64,000 bases of DNA from a virus. Shown here piece after piece: positions 57,288-64,000 of the stretch. The position numbers and the translations under genes were made by a program. The stretch spans positions 3,105 through 67,104 of the IMG/VR virus record IMGVR_UViG_3300050343_000277; one strand, given 5' to 3'. Under the pieces are notes generated by a model, which was not told the origin of the DNA, ran no database searches, and saw nothing but the letters and a program-made list of their open reading frames with translations. How positions within the stretch are numbered: the stretch's first letter is position 1; each line of letters opens with the position of its first letter.

Positions 57288-58868
57288 TTAGGAGTTCACC
57301 TTCTTAAAGGGATCACTAGGCGAAGAAGCCATCTGATAATCAGGAGCCTGGAACCCCCAAAGATCACCAAAGGCAAGATTATCTTGTTCTTTAGCTTTAT
57401 CTTCCCAGTAATTAATGTCGTATCCTATTGAGTTGTAAATACGCCGATCTACATCTTTCCCTGCAGCATTGTCGATTGCGTTCATTGTCAAACCAACGTC
57501 ATCGTAAGGATTAAACAAAGCATTATCTTTAGCAGCTCTGTTGTCATTCAACCCAATAAAGGCCATTGCATCTTGCATATTATTTAAGCCGCTGCCCCCG
57601 CCGCTACCGCTATCGCCTCCCTGGCTTGCAATATTGACGCTGTAGTCATTGCCAATATTACTATTATTATTTCCCATAATATCATTTGTAAAATCCTTAT
57701 GGCTACCAGTAGTCTGTGTAAGATCTGTAGCCACATTTACGTTATTGCTATTCGCGGTGATATTATCGCTGTTCTTCTTTCGGTTAATTTGCTTGACTTT
57801 AATATTTTTATAAGCTTGAGCATCAGCCTTTGCTTTCTTTTCGTTGTAATCTGCTACGTTTTTATTTCCATAATAGTAGTCCATCATGCCGTTCTTGTTA
57901 AGCCATCTAGCGGCGTGATAGTTAACCCCTGCTTTATCATCACCTTCACGCAATGAGCCCATGTGTTCCGCGATCTCTCGTTTGCTGTAACCTTGGCGTT
58001 TTAAATAATTAATGTCTTGAGCATTGAAATTTTTCCCTTGGTCATATGAACTAATACCCAAGTCTTTGTCATAACCTTTCGCATAAAGCGCATCATATTC
58101 CTTAAGGCGACCAGCTTCTTTTAATGCATTATATCCAAACTTTTGCATATTGGAGTAGCCTTTATTGTTGGCAGCATGCTTAAAAATTTCATCAATCATA
58201 TCAAGGTTGTTTTTCTTGATATACTTTTTATCACTTTGGTTAAAGTGTCTACCAGCAGTCCAACCATCCTTATGGATGTGTGCGGCATAATCGTGATTAC
58301 GAAGATTTTCATGAATATTGTTAGCCTTCAATCCACCAATGTGTGACTTAAGCACATCATCATTGACGCCTAATTTGGAGACATATTGCATGTCCTTTTT
58401 ACCAAATTTATTGATTTTCTTACCTTGATATGACCCAGCTGTATCATTGTAATAACCAGTCAGATCCTGCATACCGGCGAAGTCTGTATTATTCTGTGCG
58501 TATCCTTGTCTATAAGTTTTATTTTTTTCAGCCCATTTTGACTGACCCTTATGACGTTGGCTAGCTTTCTGCGTCCAAACGTTTTGGATCTCTGCTTGCT
58601 TATATTCTTTTGCTCGATTGGAATGAAGATTTTGCCTGTTTTGAGCTTCTTTTACACCATACTTGTCGTTTGTACCTAACCCAAATTCTTTGAGATTCTT
58701 CTGTTTAACATTAGAAGTAGCTTCATTAAACTTTTTGCTAAGTTTAGTCATATCAATCGGATTCTTTTTCGCCTTAGGCCCACCAGTATATTTACCCGTC
58801 TTTTCATCAAAGTAAGGAGTACCTCCGGTGTACATTTTATCATTGACTGAGGGTAGTTTTTTTGCCAT
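57288..58868 (-). CDS. Lys/Asn-rich hypothetical (possibly internal virion) protein
   Basis: 526 aa; shares NNSNIGNDYS with 58907..59509. Confidence 0.75.
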   Translation of the reverse strand: MAKKLPSVNDKMYTGGTPYFDEKTGKYTGGPKAKKNPIDMTKLSKKFNEATSNVKQKNLKEFGLGTNDKYGVKEAQNRQNLHSNRAKEYKQAEIQNVWTQKASQRHKGQSKWAEKNKTYRQGYAQNNTDFAGMQDLTGYYNDTAGSYQGKKINKFGKKDMQYVSKLGVNDDVLKSHIGGLKANNIHENLRNHDYAAHIHKDGWTAGRHFNQSDKKYIKKNNLDMIDEIFKHAANNKGYSNMQKFGYNALKEAGRLKEYDALYAKGYDKDLGISSYDQGKNFNAQDINYLKRQGYSKREIAEHMGSLREGDDKAGVNYHAARWLNKNGMMDYYYGNKNVADYNEKKAKADAQAYKNIKVKQINRKKNSDNITANSNNVNVATDLTQTTGSHKDFTNDIMGNNNSNIGNDYSVNIASQGGDSGSGGGSGLNNMQDAMAFIGLNDNRAAKDNALFNPYDDVGLTMNAIDNAAGKDVDRRIYNSIGYDINYWEDKAKEQDNLAFGDLWGFQAPDYQMASSPSDPFKKVNS

Positions 58869-58906
58869 GACGAACCTATAAACAGGAGGGTAAATTATTT
58901 AATTGA

Positions 58907-59509
58907 TCAAGCAACTCCAAAAGGAGCGTTAACTAGTTTTAGTTGACCTTCGTTGAAACTATAGTCATTACCGATATTACTGTTATTGTCTCCAACAATT
59001 GTATTATCAAAATTCTTGAAGCTACCAACATTTTGATCGACATTGACAGTGCTGATTAAATCACCATCAGAGTTTTGGGCATACATCTCTGCTAAATCTT
59101 TAGCAGCTTGACGCTTCTCTCTTCTATCGGCAAGAAAATCCTCATAGGAAAACTCATTGTTACCTCCACTTTCACTGCCGGGAGTATCACCGAAAATGTC
59201 TCCTGGGACATAAGGCTTGGATGTAATTGGTACTGGGCTGTAGTTGTTTCCACCACCACCACCGCCGCCGCTTCCAGCGGCAGCCTTTTCAGCAGCAGCG
59301 CCAGCTACAAGCTTTGCATGTACACTGCCACCGATACCTCCGCCACCTTGCTGACTAGGGTTAGCCTCATAAAAAGCTAATTGATCAGCATACGAATTAC
59401 CAGCGTTAACATTAGCAATAATGTCCATATCACCAAACATTGTTTTGGTGGCACTAGTAGCTGTACCATCGTCCCAAGGTTTTTGACCCTGATCGTAGAT
59501 AATTCCCAT
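58907..59509 (-). CDS. Gly-rich hypothetical protein, partial paralog of 57288..58868
   Basis: Shared Q..GS.K.F.N.I.G.NNSNIGNDYS.N block. Confidence 0.75.
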   Translation of the reverse strand: MGIIYDQGQKPWDDGTATSATKTMFGDMDIIANVNAGNSYADQLAFYEANPSQQGGGGIGGSVHAKLVAGAAAEKAAAGSGGGGGGGNNYSPVPITSKPYVPGDIFGDTPGSESGGNNEFSYEDFLADRREKRQAAKDLAEMYAQNSDGDLISTVNVDQNVGSFKNFDNTIVGDNNSNIGNDYSFNEGQLKLVNAPFGVA

Positions 59510-59579
59510 TTATATGGCTCCAGTTAATTTTTAACTTTTTAATAGTTTAACGAATATCGAATAAGTATAATCTGCGAAA

Positions 59580-61118
59580 CTATAGAGTATTAATTCCGTC
59601 ATTATATTCTAAATGTAATGCTCCTCTTCTTAACAAACCTCCCATAGTAAGCACCATCGAGTCCACTGCATCATCATGTGGTGAATGCCCAAAGTTGATA
59701 AGCTCATCCTCAAGGATGTTCCACTTACGCCACTTATTCCATACAACCTTACGGTGCTCATACAGACCAAGCACTCCTCGTAGTCTTGCTAACTTGTCAC
59801 CTTTAAACCCTTTAACTGGTGAGCAGCTCAGGTTATAGAGTGCTCGTTGATCAAACATCACTCGTTTGAAGTCGCCTTCAAATGATGACTGGTATGCCAC
59901 GGCTTCTGGCCATATCATGCAGGGTGACATCGTAGGGAAATATTGACCTTCATCATTCTCAAGCACTACATTCCAGTCAGCCAGCATTTCGCAAAGCGTA
60001 TCCATCTTTTCTAGGTTTCCCATACTCTTGACCCTACGCTGGTCAATCAGGTAAATCTTCCCATCTTTGATTCCACCTAACGTAAAGACTGTCCAGTCGT
60101 TCTTCTCGTTTAAACCAGCACTCAGGTCAATACCAACGCCTAAGCAGTCATAATCTTCCGGTACTTCACCATGCACAATTAGATCAGGTGAAATGCCTAC
60201 ATCACTTGATTGGACAGCCGTGTTTAGGTACTGATAAGCAAAGGCAACACGATTTTCTAGCTTTCGTTCATTCAGATATTTCATGGACCAGAACTCTGGC
60301 CAGTATGACCTCTGCCTACCTTCGCTGTCTGTTATGACCGCCTTTTGAACAATCTGCTTCCAATTATGTTTTGGTACAAATAGAGTGGCGTGGATATCGT
60401 CAAAGTGAAAACGTGTCCCCAAGCATACTGCTCGTGCACCTTGGAACATGGTAGGTGCGATGACGTTTGACCAAGTCTGTTCCATCTCACGACGAATGTC
60501 AGGGTTATTGATTGACGCTGCCGATTTAATAGGGTCGTCGATAAGAACCAACTGCGATCTTTTGGAAGTAATGGCCCCTTTGAGACCACCACACGCAATG
60601 GTAAATGCTTCTTCGCCTGCTGTATCAATTCCTGCAAACTCATAGTCTATTGACCAATATTCATCCGACCTTTTTATCTTAGATAATCTAACCATCGGAA
60701 AGATTTCACGGTACTTGTTACTTGTCAGGATTCCCTTAATTGTTGCTGATTTGGCTCTACTAATATCAACCATATAGGCGATATACAGAATACGCAGCAT
60801 CTTCTTGGCTGCAGTATGTCTACCAATCATCCATGCAGCAAAAAGGCCAAGTACTGTGCTCTTAGCTGAACCACGAGGTGCAAGTATTGAAGTATTAGGG
60901 CCACCAATGCCTAATAGACATTCACTATCCTCACCTGTACACAATTCAGCATGCCACTCAAGCATGTGCTTAGCTGGAGGTTTGCCCATCGCCACGCAGA
61001 AGTCTTGGAAATTATCTCTAGCTTTGAGTACTTCTGGTGATGGTGGTTTTACAGTAACTTTAGTAGCATTCATCAATGCCGTTCTTCTATACGCTAAAGC
61101 AATACTTGGAACTGCCAT
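59580..61118 (-). CDS. terL: terminase large subunit
   Basis: APRGSAKST (Walker A), LVLIDD (Walker B), GTRFH.DD, GIDLS and HDDAVD nuclease motifs. Confidence 0.93.
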   Translation of the reverse strand: MAVPSIALAYRRTALMNATKVTVKPPSPEVLKARDNFQDFCVAMGKPPAKHMLEWHAELCTGEDSECLLGIGGPNTSILAPRGSAKSTVLGLFAAWMIGRHTAAKKMLRILYIAYMVDISRAKSATIKGILTSNKYREIFPMVRLSKIKRSDEYWSIDYEFAGIDTAGEEAFTIACGGLKGAITSKRSQLVLIDDPIKSAASINNPDIRREMEQTWSNVIAPTMFQGARAVCLGTRFHFDDIHATLFVPKHNWKQIVQKAVITDSEGRQRSYWPEFWSMKYLNERKLENRVAFAYQYLNTAVQSSDVGISPDLIVHGEVPEDYDCLGVGIDLSAGLNEKNDWTVFTLGGIKDGKIYLIDQRRVKSMGNLEKMDTLCEMLADWNVVLENDEGQYFPTMSPCMIWPEAVAYQSSFEGDFKRVMFDQRALYNLSCSPVKGFKGDKLARLRGVLGLYEHRKVVWNKWRKWNILEDELINFGHSPHDDAVDSMVLTMGGLLRRGALHLEYNDGINTL

Positions 61119-61143
61119 ATATACATTTGATAGTATTTACAGT

Positions 61144-61431
61144 CTAGCGCCACCATCCACGCCGACGCTCTGCCTGATATTGCATTAGCCGGTCGATATA
61201 AGAAGCTTGTGCAGCAGCAATTCTATTTTGTCTCCTGGTAATTTCATACGCAATTCTCATGGCTTCTTGATACTGTCGCCTTTCCTCAATCCTTGGATCA
61301 ACCACGTAATACTGACTAAGATCAAGATTCTGCATACGCGGAAGTGGAGCCGTTAACCTGCCTCTCGAACGGAGAGCGGTAAGACTTTGATCAAGAACCT
61401 CAGGTAATTCGGGTAGGTCGGGAATCATCAT
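61144..61431 (-). CDS. hypothetical protein
   Basis: 95-aa coupled ORF. Confidence 0.6.
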   Translation of the reverse strand: MMIPDLPELPEVLDQSLTALRSRGRLTAPLPRMQNLDLSQYYVVDPRIEERRQYQEAMRIAYEITRRQNRIAAAQASYIDRLMQYQAERRRGWWR

Positions 61432-61967
61432 TAGTTACTCACCTCACTGTAAACTTTTGCCCATACAGCATTCATTGCATTATCAATGGGCTCTGCAAAC
61501 TGTGGGTCATCCTTAAAAATATTTGTAAGCTCACGCATTACACGATCAGCTCCGGCAAGGATTAGTCCACGCTTGTCAGTCGATCTATTGATACGTTCAC
61601 TTACTTCAATATGAGAACGAAGCTCTTTCTCAAGAGCAGCAAGCCTAGCTGCGCCATTATCGCCTTTGATCTCACCAGAGGTTACTGCCATGCGTAGATC
61701 TTGGATATCACTATGCAAGGCAGCAATCTCACTATTTAAGATTTCTCGACGGTTTAGCTTTTTATACTTCATCTTGACCCAACGAGATAGGTCATTAAAG
61801 GTTCCTGGATAACCAAGGATGCCGGAGTATACCCAAATTTCAATGATAGATGGAGTGTACTCAGCAAATTCTTTGAACTCTTCGCTTTCAGATGCCGGTA
61901 GAGTATCTAACCATTGATCAACAAAGGTTAGATATACTTTGGACGATTTCGTTGATGTAGTAGACAT
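61431..61967 (-). CDS. helical protein, candidate terminase small subunit
   Basis: 178 aa; role inferred from size and position only. Confidence 0.4.
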   Translation of the reverse strand: MSTTSTKSSKVYLTFVDQWLDTLPASESEEFKEFAEYTPSIIEIWVYSGILGYPGTFNDLSRWVKMKYKKLNRREILNSEIAALHSDIQDLRMAVTSGEIKGDNGAARLAALEKELRSHIEVSERINRSTDKRGLILAGADRVMRELTNIFKDDPQFAEPIDNAMNAVWAKVYSEVSN

Positions 61968-63277
61968 TAGAACATACCTGCCAAGCCACGTGCATAGGAG
62001 CTTTGACGCTTAGCAGTCTTGTTTTCTTCCTCAGTTGCTTGCTGCATATTCAAACGCTCCTGTTTGCCTGTAGTCCTGATAGATTTTCTATCTTGGTCAC
62101 CAGTAGTTCTTGCTAGTTTCCGATCTTGATTACCTTGAGTTCCTATTGTTAACCTGCCTTGCTTGCCTTGGACTTTAGCGATTGCTTGATCGGCAAAGCT
62201 TTGAGCCTTGATATTTTTACGAGACTCTGATCCAGTCTCCTGAATGTTCTTACGTTCTTGCTTACCAGTTGTTTTGACTGTTTTTCTTTCTTCTCCTCCA
62301 GAAGTTTTAATAGTTGATCGGTCTTCTTTACCTTGAGTGCCAATTGTTAAACGTTGCTGCTTACCACCTTCCTTTTGGCTAAGCCGTTCCTGATCGCCGG
62401 TAGCTGCAATATTAGCTATATCTACATTACCTTGTTTATAGATGTTTTTGCCTTCTTGTTTTCCAGTCTCCTCAATCGCCTTAATATTCTCGTCACCTTG
62501 CAATCCAATTTGCTTCTCCTGAGATGCCAACGCATCTGTTTGAGTTAACCGAGTTTGCTCACCGGAAGCCTCAATCTTAGTTACATCAATATCGCCCTGC
62601 TGTTTTAACTGAGCCATCTGCTGCTTACCAGCTTCGGTTTGAAGCCACTTGTCGATGCCACCTTGAGCTTCGATTTTGTCAACATCGACTCCACCTTGCT
62701 TAAGGATGGCAAGCCTTTGCTGATAACCAGCGGTTTTTGTATTAGCTCTATCTTGCTTACCTTGTAGACCAATCTTCTTTTCATCAGATTTAATAGCTCT
62801 TCCCTGCTGCCTTTCCTGAGACTTTAAAGCTTGACCTTGGGTAGCTCTATCTTGTCCCCCTTGTTGGATAATGCTTAGTCTATTTTGTTTACCTTCTTGT
62901 TTGGTTTGATTTTGTTGGATATTACCCGCCTGTGCTGAAGCAAGTGAATCTCGACGGAATTCTCTGTCTGCAAAATTATCTTGAAGTTTAAACTGCTGTG
63001 AATAGCTAGCTGCATTTTGAGCAGCACCAAGCTTCATTATATTTCTTTGATTTGCTAATTCTAGCTTTGCAGCATTTTTAGCTTGACTGGTTGCAATTGA
63101 TGCATTTGTATATGCCATAGACTTGGCAATTTGTGCGTTTGCAACAGTATTGACCATATCGGCCAGATTTGTATTTTTGATCGCCTGTCCAGCCGTATCG
63201 TCTTCATCAGGCTTCCAGTCATAAAACTGCTCTATCGCAGATCCTAAGTTAAACATTCCTGTATTTATCTTGCTCAT
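61967..63277 (-). CDS. 11-residue-repeat protein
   Basis: Long run of G.(Q/E).R..I.(T/Q). units. Confidence 0.8.
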   Translation of the reverse strand: MSKINTGMFNLGSAIEQFYDWKPDEDDTAGQAIKNTNLADMVNTVANAQIAKSMAYTNASIATSQAKNAAKLELANQRNIMKLGAAQNAASYSQQFKLQDNFADREFRRDSLASAQAGNIQQNQTKQEGKQNRLSIIQQGGQDRATQGQALKSQERQQGRAIKSDEKKIGLQGKQDRANTKTAGYQQRLAILKQGGVDVDKIEAQGGIDKWLQTEAGKQQMAQLKQQGDIDVTKIEASGEQTRLTQTDALASQEKQIGLQGDENIKAIEETGKQEGKNIYKQGNVDIANIAATGDQERLSQKEGGKQQRLTIGTQGKEDRSTIKTSGGEERKTVKTTGKQERKNIQETGSESRKNIKAQSFADQAIAKVQGKQGRLTIGTQGNQDRKLARTTGDQDRKSIRTTGKQERLNMQQATEEENKTAKRQSSYARGLAGMF

Positions 63278-63345
63278 GAGTAGCTGTAAACTATACCTCT
63301 TATTATTCTACAAAGTTAGAATATATCTATCTTCAAAAATGAAAA

Positions 63346-64000
63346 ATGGCAAATATCAATAATTACATTAATGCTGCTGCTGCATCACTTAATAGTGCCA
63401 ACGAAATAGAAAGGGCCTTAGCTGACAATAAAATCAAGTTCGCTGACATGGGTGCTGCACAAGTTACTGCAAGCGCTGCAGACGCTGTTGAAGCTATTAG
63501 ATCTAATGCTCAAGTAAAGAACGCTAAGACGAATGCTGCTGCACTTGAAGAAGGCGCAGAGATTGCTAAATCTCGTGATGAGTCTATTGAACAGTCAAGA
63601 GGTACTATACGCAAGGCTGGATTACTTGCTGCAGGTGCAAACTCACTGGCACTAGCTAACTACTATTCAAATAAAAAGGATCAGCCAAATGATATGTTGA
63701 CGTATATGAACGATCAAAGGAGTGCATTAAATACACGTATATTGGAAAATGAAGCAAACATCCTGAAAAGACAACAAGAATTGGCCGCATTTGGTAAAGT
63801 TAATAATTCCTCTAAATCAACAACAGATCAATCACAGCAGAATCAAACAATCTCACCAGTAGCGACTGGTGAAGCGCCGGCAGGTTCAGCAGATCGTGGC
63901 ACGGTATTTAATTATCTGACTGGTGATAAAGGTTTGTCGCGTAATCAAGCCTTAGGTCTAATGGCAAATATTGATCGTGAAAGCTCATTCCGTATAGCAC
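63346..64000 (+). CDS. 3'-truncated protein entering a phage tail lysozyme-like domain (not in ORF track)
   Basis: Open frame MANINNYINAAAASL... ending VFNYLTGDKGLSRNQALGLMANIDRESSFRIA. Confidence 0.7.
   Translation, partial: MANINNYINAAAASLNSANEIERALADNKIKFADMGAAQVTASAADAVEAIRSNAQVKNAKTNAAALEEGAEIAKSRDESIEQSRGTIRKAGLLAAGANSLALANYYSNKKDQPNDMLTYMNDQRSALNTRILENEANILKRQQELAAFGKVNNSSKSTTDQSQQNQTISPVATGEAPAGSADRGTVFNYLTGDKGLSRNQALGLMANIDRESSFRIA

Overview
This 64 kb window is an AT-rich tailed dsDNA cyanophage genome segment. The host is probably marine Synechococcus/Prochlorococcus, judged from psbA, hli, a CpcS/CpeS-type lyase, NblA-like ORFs and a cyanobacterial RpoD-like sigma factor. The left half (about 1-30 kb, mostly + strand) carries early, metabolic and replication genes: DUF932, RlpA, psbA, hli, thioredoxin, IF-1, a MazG-like NTP-PPase, class I RNR alpha/beta, ThyX, SSB, a PD-(D/E)XK exonuclease, a primase-VirE helicase and a PolA split into two genes. 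The middle holds an integration module (Xis-like HTH, tyrosine integrase, tRNA-Ala(GGC)) and lysis genes. The right half (mostly - strand) is structural: tail fibre, major capsid, scaffold- and portal-like genes, terminase and a sigma factor. The most notable observations are five. (1) Two unannotated -1 programmed-frameshift cassettes share the A_AAA_AAG + hairpin design. One fuses a C39-like peptidase to an otherwise start-less lysozyme; the other extends a holin-like peptide. (2) A glnA-type glutamine riboswitch sits upstream of a DUF4278-like peptide. (3) A ~110 bp element occurs as an inverted pair 30.6 kb apart, with a 33/34 identical core. (4) Four closely clustered genes look like catalytically dead enzyme homologues. 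(5) A dispersed GCCGGC-TAAC-GCCGGC motif recurs in intergenic gaps. All family assignments come from motif recognition by eye; no database searches were run.
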